Source: Salipiger bermudensis (GTDB taxonomy: Bacteria; Cyanobacteriota; Cyanobacteriia; PCC-6307; Cyanobiaceae). Taken from it: a stretch of DNA of 64,000 nt. The notes under the pieces are model-generated. The model searched no databases and was not told the DNA's origin. It was given only the letters and a program-made list of their open reading frames with translations. How positions within the stretch are numbered: the stretch's first letter is position 1; each line of letters begins with the position of its first letter. A program made the position numbers and the translations under genes. Below are positions 1 to 10,333 of this stretch, in pieces. The DNA is taken from NCBI GenBank assembly GCA_964225855.1, contig CAXQPR010000039.1:8889-72888 (forward strand). Direction: 5' to 3'.

Positions 1-1
1 A

Positions 2-682
2 ACCGGCAACTCCAGTGCTCAACGCAGCAAGGGCCCCGTGGCGATTCTTGGTGCAGGCACGGGCCTGGGCATGGCGCGCGGGATCCCCGATGCGAATGGC
101 TGGATCGCCCTCGCCAGCGAAGGCGGCCATCGCGAATTTGCCCCACGCACAGACGACGAATGGCATCTCGCCAGCTGGCTCAAAGCCGACCTTGACCTGG
201 ATCGCCTGTCAATTGAACGGATTGTCAGCGGCACAGGCCTCGGGCATGTGATGCGCTGGCGGCTGCAACGAAGTGACGGTGCTGGGCACCCCTTGCTGCG
301 AGCAGCCGAGGCTTGGCGGACGCGCGCAGTCGACGACGACGCATATCAGGATTTACCGGCTCTCGTTGGGCAGGCCGCCCAACAAGGCGATGCGCTGGCC
401 CGCAGCGCTCTTGATCTCTGGCTCGGTGCCTACGGCTCTGCCGCCGGAGATCTGGCGCTCCAGGAGCTCTGCACAGGGGGGCTTTGGATTGGCGGCGGCA
501 CCGCCGCCAAACAACTCAATGGCCTGCAATCGGCCACGTTCCTGGAGCCGATGCGACGCAAAGGTCGCTTCCGCCCTTTGATGGAAACCATCACCGTGCA
601 GGCAGTGATTGATCCCAACGCCGGTTTATTCAGTGCCGCCTGCCGCGCCCGTGACCTGGCGGCCGCAATTGCGGCATCCTGA
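2..682 (+). CDS. glk: Glucokinase (5' truncated by window edge)
   Basis: Frame open from position 2; motifs GAGTGLG, SEGGH, ERIVSGTGL, GGLWIGGG, KGRF. Confidence 0.92.
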   Translation, partial: TGNSSAQRSKGPVAILGAGTGLGMARGIPDANGWIALASEGGHREFAPRTDDEWHLASWLKADLDLDRLSIERIVSGTGLGHVMRWRLQRSDGAGHPLLRAAEAWRTRAVDDDAYQDLPALVGQAAQQGDALARSALDLWLGAYGSAAGDLALQELCTGGLWIGGGTAAKQLNGLQSATFLEPMRRKGRFRPLMETITVQAVIDPNAGLFSAACRARDLAAAIAAS

Positions 683-751
683 AAACTGTTCCCACAGAAG
701 CGCAGGCTCCGGCCTCTCAGGTGAGACACTGTCTTGAACAGGACAGCAGGG

Positions 752-1699
752 ATGGTGCAACCGCGCATCGGCCAGTCGGTGGTTGTGGATGTTCCTGCCA
801 CCACAGCCAACATCGGCCCAGGCTTCGACTGCCTCGGTGCCGCGCTTGATCTCAATAACCGGTTCACCATGCGCCGGATCGAAGGCGACGGTGAACGATT
901 TGAACTGATCATTGAGGGACAGGAGGGCAGCCACCTGCGCGGCGGGCCCGACAACCTGGTTTATCGCGCAGCGCAACGGGTCTGGAAAGCAGCTGGGGAA
1001 GAACCGGTCGGCCTGGAAGCACGCGTGCGTCTGGCCGTTCCCCCAGCCCGTGGTCTGGGCAGTAGTGCCACCGCCATCGTGGCGGGCTTGGTGGGTGCCA
1101 ATGCGCTGGTAGGGGAGCCCCTCAGTCGAGAAAAACTGCTCGAACTGGCCATCGATATCGAAGGCCATCCCGACAATGTGGTGCCCTCACTGCTGGGCGG
1201 TCTTTGCATGACCGCGAAAGCCGCCTCCCAGCGCTGGCGGGTGGTGCGCTGTGAGTGGGTGCCTGCGGTCAAGGCTGTGGTGGCCATCCCTGCGATCCGT
1301 CTGAGCACCAGCGAAGCCCGACGGGCGATGCCCAAATCCATTCCCGTGGGGGATGCCGTGGTCAACCTCGGCGCCCTCACCCTGCTGCTGCAAGGACTCC
1401 GCACCGGCAATGGCGACCTGATTGCCGATGGCATGCACGACCGCCTGCATGAGCCTTACCGCTGGCGCCTGATCAAAGGAGGTCAAGAGGTGAGAAACGC
1501 AGCCCTTCAGGCCGGTGCCTGGGGTTGCGCCATCAGCGGTGCTGGCCCAAGCATTCTGGCGCTGTGCTCCGAAGACAAAGGCCCGGCCGTCAGTCAAGCC
1601 ATGGTGAGGGCCTGGGAAGCCGCTGGTGTAGCCAGTCGCGCTCCCCTGCTCAATCTCCAAACCACTGGAAGCCACTGGCAGCCCGCATCCCCTGAGTAG
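752..1699 (+). CDS. thrB: Homoserine kinase
   Basis: [26 protein letters not shown] (GHMP motif), EGHPDN, ISGAGP; ATG at 752 in frame with track ORF 734..1699. Confidence 0.96.
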   Translation: MVQPRIGQSVVVDVPATTANIGPGFDCLGAALDLNNRFTMRRIEGDGERFELIIEGQEGSHLRGGPDNLVYRAAQRVWKAAGEEPVGLEARVRLAVPPARGLGSSATAIVAGLVGANALVGEPLSREKLLELAIDIEGHPDNVVPSLLGGLCMTAKAASQRWRVVRCEWVPAVKAVVAIPAIRLSTSEARRAMPKSIPVGDAVVNLGALTLLLQGLRTGNGDLIADGMHDRLHEPYRWRLIKGGQEVRNAALQAGAWGCAISGAGPSILALCSEDKGPAVSQAMVRAWEAAGVASRAPLLNLQTTGSHWQPASPE

Positions 1700-1743
1700 A
1701 TCTACTCAGTTCAGGCGGAGACCCTGATAAGTTCGACTACAAC

Positions 1744-3327
1744 TTGATGAACGCCATGGACGCCAATCTGCCGCTGATTGCTGCGTCCGGCGAGAGCTTC
1801 CCCTGGCTGTCGGTGATTGTGCTGCTGCCGGCAGCAGCAGCACTGTTGATGCCCCTACTCCCAGGCGACGAAAGCAATCCTTCGCCCTGGCCCCGCAACC
1901 TGGCTTTGGGAGTGCTGGCAATCGATTTCATCTTGATGCTGGTGGCCTTTAGCCAGCATTTCGATGGGAAGGATTCCTCCCTGCAGCTGGTGGAACGGCT
2001 GAGCTGGGTTCCGGCGATCGGTCTGGAATGGTCCGTCGGTGCCGACGGCCTGTCGATGCCCCTTGTGGTGCTAAGCGGCCTGGTGACGATGCTGTCGGTG
2101 GCTGCCAGCTGGAAGGTTCAGCACAAGGCCAAGCTCTATTTCGGTCTGCTGCTGGTGCAAGCGGCCGCCCAGGCCCTGGTGTTTCTCTCCCAGGATTTCC
2201 TGCTCTTCTTCCTGGCTTGGGAACTTGAACTGGTTCCTGTCTACCTCCTGATTGCCATCTGGGGCGGTCAGAACCGCCAGTACGCCGCCACCAAATTCAT
2301 CCTCTACACCGCTCTGGCCTCACTGCTGATCCTGATCAGTGGTCTCGCCTTGGCCCTCTCCGGTGACGCGTTCACCCTCAACCTCACCGAACTGGCAGCA
2401 CGGTCTCCCGGTGGAACCTTCGGCTTGCTCTGTTACCTGGGCTTCCTGGTGGGTTTTGGGGTGAAACTTCCGATGTTCCCTCTCCACACCTGGCTGCCTG
2501 ACGCCCACGGTGAGGCCAATGCTCCGGTCTCGATGCTGCTGGCCGGTGTGCTCCTCAAGATGGGCGGCTATGCGCTGTTGCGCTTCAACGTGCAGATGCT
2601 GCCGGATGCCCACCTGGTGCTGGCACCCGCTCTGATCGTGTTGGGCATCGTCAACATCATTTACGGCGCCCTGAACGCTTTCGCCCAAGACAACGTCAAA
2701 CGGCGGATTCCCTGCAGTTCCGTGAGCCACATGGGCTTCGTCCTAGTCGGGATCGGAGCCATTGACGCCCTGAGCATCAGTGGCGCCATGCTCCAGATGA
2801 TCAGTCACGGGCTGATTGCCGCGGCGATGTTCTTCGTCACGGGCAGCTTCTACGAACGCACCAAAACCCTGTCGATTCCCAACATGGGCGGCTTGGCCAA
2901 AGTGCTGCCGATCACCTTCGCCTTCTTCCTGGCCAGCTCCCTTGCGTCCCTCGCTTTGCCGGGCATGAGCGGCTTTATCAGCGAAATCACCATCTTCCTC
3001 GGTGTGACCAGCCAGACCGACTTCACGATTGGCTTCCGCGTGATCACCATCGTGGCCGCTGCCATCGGCTTGGTGCTCACCCCGATCTACCTGCTCTCGA
3101 TGTGCCGCCGCGTGTTCTTCGGCCCCAGGATTCCGGCGCTCGCCTTCGTCGGCGACATGAATCCTCGTGAATTGGTGATTGGCCTCACCCTTCTGGTGCC
3201 CACCCTCACCATCGGTGTTTGGCCAAGGGTCGCGATGGATGTCTACGAGGCTTCCACCGACGCTCTCGCCAATACACTTTCAACCCATAGCCTGATCGCA
3301 CTTCACAATCTTCTGCCCCTGGGCTGA
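1744..3327 (+). CDS. ndhD: NAD(P)H-quinone oxidoreductase subunit 4 (NdhD family)
   Basis: Polytopic membrane protein; [46 protein letters not shown]; exact start uncertain (1744/1747/1756). Confidence 0.93.
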   Translation: MMNAMDANLPLIAASGESFPWLSVIVLLPAAAALLMPLLPGDESNPSPWPRNLALGVLAIDFILMLVAFSQHFDGKDSSLQLVERLSWVPAIGLEWSVGADGLSMPLVVLSGLVTMLSVAASWKVQHKAKLYFGLLLVQAAAQALVFLSQDFLLFFLAWELELVPVYLLIAIWGGQNRQYAATKFILYTALASLLILISGLALALSGDAFTLNLTELAARSPGGTFGLLCYLGFLVGFGVKLPMFPLHTWLPDAHGEANAPVSMLLAGVLLKMGGYALLRFNVQMLPDAHLVLAPALIVLGIVNIIYGALNAFAQDNVKRRIPCSSVSHMGFVLVGIGAIDALSISGAMLQMISHGLIAAAMFFVTGSFYERTKTLSIPNMGGLAKVLPITFAFFLASSLASLALPGMSGFISEITIFLGVTSQTDFTIGFRVITIVAAAIGLVLTPIYLLSMCRRVFFGPRIPALAFVGDMNPRELVIGLTLLVPTLTIGVWPRVAMDVYEASTDALANTLSTHSLIALHNLLPLG

Positions 3328-3338
3328 AGCGAGACGGC

Positions 3339-5465
3339 ATGACCACCAGCAGCCAACCGGCTCTACTCAAGGGCCGGGGCCTACCCGAATACTCGGCCAT
3401 CACCCCCGATCAGGTGAGTGCCGAGATCCCGGGCCTGCTGAAATCGCTCGAGGCCGACTTTGCGGCCTTTGAACACCAGCTGCAGGACCAGCTCAACCAG
3501 GGGGAAACCCTGGATTGGCAGGCGGTGATGCCACCTCTCCAATCGATCGGCGAACGTCTGCGCTGGAGCTGGGGTGTGGTCAGCCACCTCAACGCCGTCT
3601 GCAACGGCCCGGAACTGCGTGAAGCCCACGCCGCCCAGCAACCGGAGGTGGTGCGATTCAGCAACCGCCTGGGGCAAAGCGCCGTCCTGCACCAAGCCTT
3701 GGAGCAGCTCCGCAACCAGTCCGGTGCGTCTCTCGACGCTGCCCAGTGTCGGATTCTCGATGCCGAGCTGCTGTCGATGCAGCAACGCGGCGTGGGCCTT
3801 CGGGGCGAAGCCCAGACGGCCTTCAACCAGGCCAGTGAACAGCTGGCCGAGCTCTCCACCAGCTTCAGCAATCACGTGCTGGATGCAACCCAGGCCTGGA
3901 GCCTGGTGCTGCACAACCCAGAAGAAGTGGCCGGGCTGCCGGACCGGGCGCTCGAGACCCTGGCGGCGGCAGCCCGCGAGGCCGGAGACGTCCATCAGAA
4001 CGGCCAAGAGGCCACTGGCGAGCACGGCCCCTGGCGGCTCGGGCTCGACATGCCTCGCTACATCCCTTTCCTCACCCATGCCGACAACCGAGGGCTGCGG
4101 GAAAAGGTTTATCGAGCCCACGTCGGCCGCGCCAGCAGTGGGGACCTCGACAACAGCCCACTGATCGAATCGATCCTTCGCCTGCGAGGGGAACAGGCCA
4201 GCCGCCTCGGGTATAGCCATTGGGCCGAGCTGAGCCTGGCCAGCAAGATGGCCGATGACGTCAATGCCGTGGAAGCCCTGCTTGAAGAGCTTCGGGCGGC
4301 AGCCAAGCCTGCAGCCGAACGGGAGATCGAAGCGCTTCGCGACTGTGCCCGACGCCATCAGGCGCCTGAAGCCGACGACCTCCAGCCCTGGGATGTGACC
4401 TACTGGGCCGAGAAACTCCGCCAGGAAGAGTTCGATCTCAATCAGGAAGCGCTGCGGCCTTGGTTCCCTCTTCCCCAGGTGCTGGATGGTCTCTTCAATC
4501 TGTGCTCCAGGCTGTTTGGCATCACCATCCAGGCCGCCGATAGAGAAGCTCCTGTCTGGCATCCGGATGTGCGCTTCTTCCGCGTCAGCGACCGCGATGG
4601 CACGCCGCTGGCGGCCTTCTACCTCGACCCCTACAGCCGGCCTGCCAGCAAACGCGGCGGCGCCTGGATGGATGAGTGCCTGAATCGCTCACGCGCTGAA
4701 GACGGGTCCATGACCCTGCCGGTGGCCTATCTGATTTGCAACCAAACGCCCCCAACAGATACCGCTCCCAGCCTGATGAGCTTTGAAGAGGTGGAAACCC
4801 TCTTCCACGAATTCGGCCATGGCCTCCAGCACATGCTGACCACGGTCAACTACCCCCAGGCCGCGGGGATCAACAACGTGGAATGGGATGCGGTGGAACT
4901 TCCTTCCCAGTTCATGGAGAACTGGTGCCTGGATCGGGCGACCCTGATGGGAATGGCGCGCCACTGGCAGACCGGCGAGCCCCTTCCGGAAGCCGACTTC
5001 CAGAAGCTGCTGCGGGCCCGCACCTTCATGTCGGGTTCCGCCACGCTCCGACAGGTGCATTTCGCTCTTACCGACCTGCGTCTGCACAGTCAGTGGACTC
5101 CAGAACTGGGGATCAGCCCGGATGCCCTGCGACGAGAACTCGCTCCTGCCACCACGGTGATCCCACCGATTGCGGAGGATCACTTCCTCTGTGCCTTCAG
5201 CCACATCTTTGCGGGCGGCTATTCCGCTGGCTATTACTCCTACAAGTGGGCCGAGGTGCTCAGCGCCGATGCCTTCTCTGCCTTTGAAGAGGTGGGACTG
5301 GAACAGGAGGAGCAAGTGAAAGCGACTGGTCAGCGTTTCCGCGACACCGTTCTCAGCCTCGGTGGCAGCCGTTCGCCGGCGGAGATCTACCAGGCCTTCC
5401 GTGGACGAGCCGCCAGCACTGACGCTCTCATCCGTCAGTCCGGCCTGACAGCAGCAGCAGCCTGA
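3339..5465 (+). CDS. prlC: Oligopeptidase A (M3 metallopeptidase)
   Basis: KRGGAWM, FHEFGHGLQH zinc motif, WDAVELPSQFMENW, GGYSAGYYSYKWAE. Confidence 0.95.
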   Translation: MTTSSQPALLKGRGLPEYSAITPDQVSAEIPGLLKSLEADFAAFEHQLQDQLNQGETLDWQAVMPPLQSIGERLRWSWGVVSHLNAVCNGPELREAHAAQQPEVVRFSNRLGQSAVLHQALEQLRNQSGASLDAAQCRILDAELLSMQQRGVGLRGEAQTAFNQASEQLAELSTSFSNHVLDATQAWSLVLHNPEEVAGLPDRALETLAAAAREAGDVHQNGQEATGEHGPWRLGLDMPRYIPFLTHADNRGLREKVYRAHVGRASSGDLDNSPLIESILRLRGEQASRLGYSHWAELSLASKMADDVNAVEALLEELRAAAKPAAEREIEALRDCARRHQAPEADDLQPWDVTYWAEKLRQEEFDLNQEALRPWFPLPQVLDGLFNLCSRLFGITIQAADREAPVWHPDVRFFRVSDRDGTPLAAFYLDPYSRPASKRGGAWMDECLNRSRAEDGSMTLPVAYLICNQTPPTDTAPSLMSFEEVETLFHEFGHGLQHMLTTVNYPQAAGINNVEWDAVELPSQFMENWCLDRATLMGMARHWQTGEPLPEADFQKLLRARTFMSGSATLRQVHFALTDLRLHSQWTPELGISPDALRRELAPATTVIPPIAEDHFLCAFSHIFAGGYSAGYYSYKWAEVLSADAFSAFEEVGLEQEEQVKATGQRFRDTVLSLGGSRSPAEIYQAFRGRAASTDALIRQSGLTAAAA

Positions 5466-5477
5466 GCGATATTCACC

Positions 5478-6992
5478 ATGACGGAGCAGGGGAATGCGCT
5501 GACGCCTGATCCCCTGGCTCTGTCGTCAGCCTGGGGAGCAACGCCTGGTGATCAAACCGACATCGCCCCCTTGCGGGGTTTGAACGATGTTCTTGAAACC
5601 AGCTGGCTGCGAAGGGGCATCAGTCGGGATCATTTCCTGACCGAACTGCTCACCGACCTCCACCACCGCCGTCTGGTGCCCCTGCTGGCGATGCTGCCCA
5701 GACGCTGGCGCCTGGGAGCGGCCGCTCTACCCGACCATCTGCGCAAGCTGGGGGAGCTGTTGGAAGGAGGCTCCGTCAGCCCGCTTCTGCTGGCAGCACT
5801 GGCGGATGACCTCCAGCATCTGTTTCCGGTTCAGAACGACGCCACGGGAGCAACGGCTGATGCACTCGACCGGTGGATGGCCACCACAGTTCGACCAGCA
5901 CCTGGCGCGGCAGCCGAGCCCTTGCCCCAATCGCTGCAAACCTGGAGAGAGCAGGCCGTTCACGGCCAGATCGAACAAACGCGCGATGCTGCCTCCGGTG
6001 GACTGCGCCAGCTCGGCGCAGATCTGGTCTGGCATAACCAAGGACTCCACCATCTGCAGTCGGAGAACAGCCGTTGGGGAAACACCCTGATGGCCCAGGT
6101 GTTCAATGCCCTAGGCGCCAACCACCTTCCGCCGGGCATCACGGGCACCAGTGGGCGCGCCACCCCCTTCCTGTTCGAAGGAGTCAGCACAACCCAGCAA
6201 CTCGTGGAGCTGCTGAGATCACGCGGATGGTCCTGCAAAGCCCGCGTTCGCGCCAGCGTGGCCAGTTTTGGGCTGGGTGCCAGCTGTCCGAACACCGCAG
6301 CCACCACCACCACCACCACTTGGCTGCAGGTGCCCCTAGCCGTGCCCTATCGGACCGGCCTCCTTGATTCCGGTGAAGAGCTGGAGGCTCTGCTCCCCCA
6401 TTGCAGCCTTGAATTGGAGCTCACCTCCCCCGACGAGCAGGCCCCGACCCTGCTGCAGTACTACCAGGGAACCGAGGGCTTCAACGGTTGGGCCGCCATG
6501 AACGACCTGCACCGTCCCTGGCAGAACGACCGGAACAATGGCAGCGTTGCTTATCCCGGTGAGCCCATCGAGGCCGCCCGACTGGGCCTCGCTCTCGACC
6601 TCTGCGATCTCATGGCCGCCGTTCACAACACCGCAGCGGCGCAGGGAAAACTACGCACCGGAGGCTACGGAGCCCTGGGGTTCTGCATTGACTCCACGGC
6701 CCTGGTTGAGCAGGCCCTCACGGGTTGCTGCCATTTGTTTCCGCTCACCCTTGGGGGCATCTGGAGAGAACGGCTGCGTAACCATCTGGAGCAACTGCTT
6801 CACCAGGGCCTGAGGGTCATGGATGACACCAGCGTGGAGCGCTACCGCCACGCGCTCGACACACTTCCCTCCGACCTGAACCTGCACGGCAACGCCTGCG
6901 CCGGTGCGCTGGACCGACTAAAGGCCAGCCAACCGGCGCACAGCCCCTTTCTGCTGGTGCGCCGGCTGAACGGGGAAGACAAGCGAACCTGA
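5478..6992 (+). CDS. Hypothetical soluble protein, 504 aa
   Basis: Long ORF 12 bp after prlC, host-like codon usage; no family recognised. Confidence 0.75.
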   Translation: MTEQGNALTPDPLALSSAWGATPGDQTDIAPLRGLNDVLETSWLRRGISRDHFLTELLTDLHHRRLVPLLAMLPRRWRLGAAALPDHLRKLGELLEGGSVSPLLLAALADDLQHLFPVQNDATGATADALDRWMATTVRPAPGAAAEPLPQSLQTWREQAVHGQIEQTRDAASGGLRQLGADLVWHNQGLHHLQSENSRWGNTLMAQVFNALGANHLPPGITGTSGRATPFLFEGVSTTQQLVELLRSRGWSCKARVRASVASFGLGASCPNTAATTTTTTWLQVPLAVPYRTGLLDSGEELEALLPHCSLELELTSPDEQAPTLLQYYQGTEGFNGWAAMNDLHRPWQNDRNNGSVAYPGEPIEAARLGLALDLCDLMAAVHNTAAAQGKLRTGGYGALGFCIDSTALVEQALTGCCHLFPLTLGGIWRERLRNHLEQLLHQGLRVMDDTSVERYRHALDTLPSDLNLHGNACAGALDRLKASQPAHSPFLLVRRLNGEDKRT

Positions 6993-7006
6993 AGCACGCT
7001 TTGGGC

Positions 7007-8098
7007 TCAGGTCCCCTGAGTGAGTGCCAATTCGCGGCAAATCGCCTCCACCACCTTGCCGCGGAAGGCGGTGCTGAACGGACCAGCATTGCCGTTGTGA
7101 TTCATCGCCGGAATTTCGTAGCGATGCAAGCGGCCATGGGCGAGCCAGCGGTTCCAATTGGAGAGAGGAAGCAAGGGGGAGCGACCCGGATAGGCGATTT
7201 GCCCAAAGGCGGCCACTGGATCCTTGGCTCCCACCACCATGGCCACGTGATCGACCGCTTCAAGATCGCCATTGCCGCTGAAGACACCGCAGACGGTGAT
7301 CACCTGCACGGGCACTCGGCACAACCTCTGAAGCATCGCCGCCGTGCCGATGGCCATCTCCCCACCGCCGCTGTAGCCCACCAGGACGACCCTTGCCGCC
7401 CGACTGGGGTGGAACCCCAAACGCGCCAGGCGTCGCGCAATCTTGAGAGCCAGTTCGTAGTTCATCACCGGGCCATAACGACGATCGGAGGAAATGCCCA
7501 CCTTGATCACGTTGTTGGCCTGCACGCAGAACGCGCAAAGAAAACGCACCCAGCCATTGGGATGGTGCTCCTGAAGAGCAAACAAGCGATGCCAGAACCA
7601 CTGAGCCAGAGGTGTCGAACGCAACCCCACCGGGGTGATCGTGTAGGCCTCGATCCCCTTGACCAGCAAAACGTCCTGATCGATCGCCTGCTCGAGGGTC
7701 TGAAGGAAGTCACTGACCCTGGGCGGATGGCTCTCCTCGCTTTGGTGAATGCCATCGAGATAGACGAGGAAATGGCGGTGATCGCACCCCTCCTCGGGAT
7801 CATCCGGGAAAAGATGATTGGGATCAGGCAATCCCTCCATCCACCCCTCCCAGAAGACGAAATCCAACATCACCGAATAGACCCCCACCAGAGCCACCAC
7901 AACCACCACCAGCACGCCAAAAACGGTCAGCAGTTCCCGAATAGCCTCGGGATTCAGCAGATCAACGGCGTCACGACGCACCGCACTGATGCCAAGCACC
8001 GCGAGCACAGCGGTGACGATGAGCACAGACACCACAACACGCCATCCAAGGCGGAGATGACCGCGGTGATGCTGGAGGGCCGCATGTGGATCGTTCAT
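7007..8098 (-). CDS. Membrane-anchored alpha/beta-hydrolase-like protein
   Basis: Two N-terminal TM segments, YLDGI, GYSGGG nucleophile-elbow-like motif, DP and late His; ATG at 8098 overlaps upstream stop (ATGA). Confidence 0.75.
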   Translation of the reverse strand: MNDPHAALQHHRGHLRLGWRVVVSVLIVTAVLAVLGISAVRRDAVDLLNPEAIRELLTVFGVLVVVVVALVGVYSVMLDFVFWEGWMEGLPDPNHLFPDDPEEGCDHRHFLVYLDGIHQSEESHPPRVSDFLQTLEQAIDQDVLLVKGIEAYTITPVGLRSTPLAQWFWHRLFALQEHHPNGWVRFLCAFCVQANNVIKVGISSDRRYGPVMNYELALKIARRLARLGFHPSRAARVVLVGYSGGGEMAIGTAAMLQRLCRVPVQVITVCGVFSGNGDLEAVDHVAMVVGAKDPVAAFGQIAYPGRSPLLPLSNWNRWLAHGRLHRYEIPAMNHNGNAGPFSTAFRGKVVEAICRELALTQGT

Positions 8099-8634
8099 CC
8101 CCCCACCTCCCGGGCAAGGGTGCTGTAACTGGCACGCCAGCGTTGCGCGAACACCAGCGCAACCAGCACCAGGGCCAAGGCAAACCCCGGCAGAGCCACG
8201 ACCAGTCCTTCCTGCAAGGGGATGCCGTAGCTGGCCTGGAGCAGCAGCAACACATTGAGATGAATCCAACCCAGCAAGGTGACAGCGATCAGGTCACTCA
8301 CATAAGGAGCGGCCACCAGCACATAAAACAGTCCAGGCCACAGCGCCACCCCCATGCGATTCGCCAGGGTGATCGGCTGTGGAGGCACATGCTTCAGCAG
8401 CATCAACATCAGGCTGTGGCAAAGGATGCCGAGGGTGAGGGCAAGACTGAGCACCAAGGCATCCACCAACAGCTGAACCGCGATCTGCCGCGGGCTGAGT
8501 CGATTCGCCAGCAGGGAAAACAAATGCGAAGCCGACATCGAGATGCCGACCCCAATCACCAAACCGAGGCCTGTGTCCATGGCCAGCATGGTCTGAACCA
8601 TGGACTCAAACAGCGCATTGATCGGATGCCCCAT
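8095..8634 (-). CDS. Hypothetical integral membrane protein
   Basis: 179 aa with about 5 hydrophobic segments; translationally coupled to the downstream gene. Confidence 0.75.
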   Translation of the reverse strand: MGHPINALFESMVQTMLAMDTGLGLVIGVGISMSASHLFSLLANRLSPRQIAVQLLVDALVLSLALTLGILCHSLMLMLLKHVPPQPITLANRMGVALWPGLFYVLVAAPYVSDLIAVTLLGWIHLNVLLLLQASYGIPLQEGLVVALPGFALALVLVALVFAQRWRASYSTLAREVGG

Positions 8635-8638
8635 CCGA

Positions 8639-9322
8639 TCAAGCTCGGCGCATTTCAGGCCGATTCACAATCCAGATCACCATGATCGAGAGCACTGCGC
8701 AGTAGAAGCACCAGACGGAGTTGAAGGCAACGCTGTAGGTGAACCAGGTGAGGAAGATCGAGACAAAGATCAACACCCCAAACAACTTCACCGCTTTGTC
8801 ATTCACCGCCACCAGGGGGAGAACAATGAATCCCCAGTAGACCAATTGACCAATCGGTTCGGTATTAACGAAGTTGTGCCAAGCGGTATCGACCTGATAG
8901 TGAATGCGTCCGGCTTCAATCGCCGGCTGCACCAGATCTGACTGAAACAGCACAGGTACATAGAAACCAATCCCCAACAGCGTGGCGACGATGGCGACCC
9001 ATTTCAGACGATGTTGCAGCGCTCTGGAGTCAATACTTCGACTGATCGACCATGCACTCCACGGGATCCAGATCATCCAGAAGCAATAGGCGAAGAAGAG
9101 AAACCCCTTCGCGGTGATCGATCCGAGCGGTTCCAGCCCACCGTTATCGAGGGCGGTCCACTGCAATCCTTCAACAAACTGCTGAACTCCAAAGAAAAAA
9201 GGAACCAGAGCCAGCGGCTTGTATCCGGGACGTTCTGCGTTCGAGGCCAAATGATGGGCATACAACCCCAGCGGCATCAGAACTGCCGATGCTGTGAAGC
9301 TGGCTGAAGCTGAAAAACACAT
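8639..9322 (-). CDS. DUF6629-like multi-TM membrane protein
   Basis: N-terminal MCFSASASF, QQFVEG, C-terminal FNSVWCFY. Confidence 0.75.
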   Translation of the reverse strand: MCFSASASFTASAVLMPLGLYAHHLASNAERPGYKPLALVPFFFGVQQFVEGLQWTALDNGGLEPLGSITAKGFLFFAYCFWMIWIPWSAWSISRSIDSRALQHRLKWVAIVATLLGIGFYVPVLFQSDLVQPAIEAGRIHYQVDTAWHNFVNTEPIGQLVYWGFIVLPLVAVNDKAVKLFGVLIFVSIFLTWFTYSVAFNSVWCFYCAVLSIMVIWIVNRPEMRRA

Positions 9323-9377
9323 CTGCGACGTAGCGAAGGCTTAACCATCACTGTGGCCATGCCGATGGCAATCGTCA

Positions 9378-9971
9378 CTAAGGCTGCAAGATTGTGTGCA
9401 TCAACTGGTTGAGGGCCGTTGGATGCGCCATCAGCTGTTGGTGGGTGAACACATTCACATCGTGCCGCTCACCCACCGGCAGCACTGCCTGCCACCCAGG
9501 CACGACCATCAGATCCCATCGGCAGTAATAACTGACGCAATCCACGCTCTGCAACGCTGAGCAATCCGCATTGAGTTGGTTCAGCAAAACGCTGCCCCGT
9601 TTCATATCGGCGAGCCCAGCAAACAACCAACGGGGAATCCACTGCGCGGTGTAAGTGCCCTGCTGAGGACTGCCAACACTGATGAAACGACGGCAGCGCT
9701 GGGCACCGCCCAACTCCTGAAGCCAGATGCGGCTGATCACCCCACCCATGGAGAACCCGAGCAGATCGATCTCCTGCTCACCCCAACGCTCCTGGATATG
9801 GGCATCCAACAATCTGGCCAGGTCCCGCAGAGGAACAGCGCCCAGACGGTGGGGAAGGTGGGGGACAAGCCGAGCAATGCCGTTCTGGTCAAGGCGCTGC
9901 TCAAGGCGCCGAAACAGTCGCGGTGTGTCCCAGAGACCGTGCACCAGCACCAGGGGTCTGGGAGAGTTCAC
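9378..9971 (-). CDS. Lipase/esterase (alpha/beta hydrolase)
   Basis: VLVHGLWD, GFSMGG, GSPQQGT; GTG start at 9971 overlaps the folB stop. Confidence 0.85.
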   Translation of the reverse strand: MNSPRPLVLVHGLWDTPRLFRRLEQRLDQNGIARLVPHLPHRLGAVPLRDLARLLDAHIQERWGEQEIDLLGFSMGGVISRIWLQELGGAQRCRRFISVGSPQQGTYTAQWIPRWLFAGLADMKRGSVLLNQLNADCSALQSVDCVSYYCRWDLMVVPGWQAVLPVGERHDVNVFTHQQLMAHPTALNQLMHTILQP

Positions 9972-10333
9972 ACCGTCCAGTGGCGATGACGTTCCACGGC
10001 AACCGTACCGCCAAATCCTGGAATGGGCGCAGCACACTTGCGCAGCAACACCCGCATCGCGACCGGACCGTAAAGATGCTCAAGCAGGTCCAAGACCCGC
10101 TCACTGAAATGTTCGATGGTCTGGCACTGCAAGCTCGCAACCATCGACTGAAGCTCCTGCACCGCCAGGCTGTAATCCGCAGTGGACGCGAGATCATCGT
10201 CTTTGGCGGCCTTAGTGAGGTCCAGGCGCAGTGTCAGGTCGAGGGAAAACCACTGCCCGTGGAGACGCTCATGGTCCAACACCCCGACATGGGCCCAGAC
10301 CCGCAGATCGGTGATGTGAATGGCGTCCATCAC
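9968..10333 (-). CDS. folB: Dihydroneopterin aldolase
   Basis: [30 protein letters not shown]. Confidence 0.9.
   Translation of the reverse strand: MMDAIHITDLRVWAHVGVLDHERLHGQWFSLDLTLRLDLTKAAKDDDLASTADYSLAVQELQSMVASLQCQTIEHFSERVLDLLEHLYGPVAMRVLLRKCAAPIPGFGGTVAVERHRHWTV

Noticed and set aside
3381-4562. Long antisense or alternate-frame ORFs (e.g. 3381..4562, 7001..8128, 13270..14328, 20888..22081, 50363..51310)
   Set aside because: They lie opposite well-supported genes, lack motifs and are expected shadows of high-GC codon bias.
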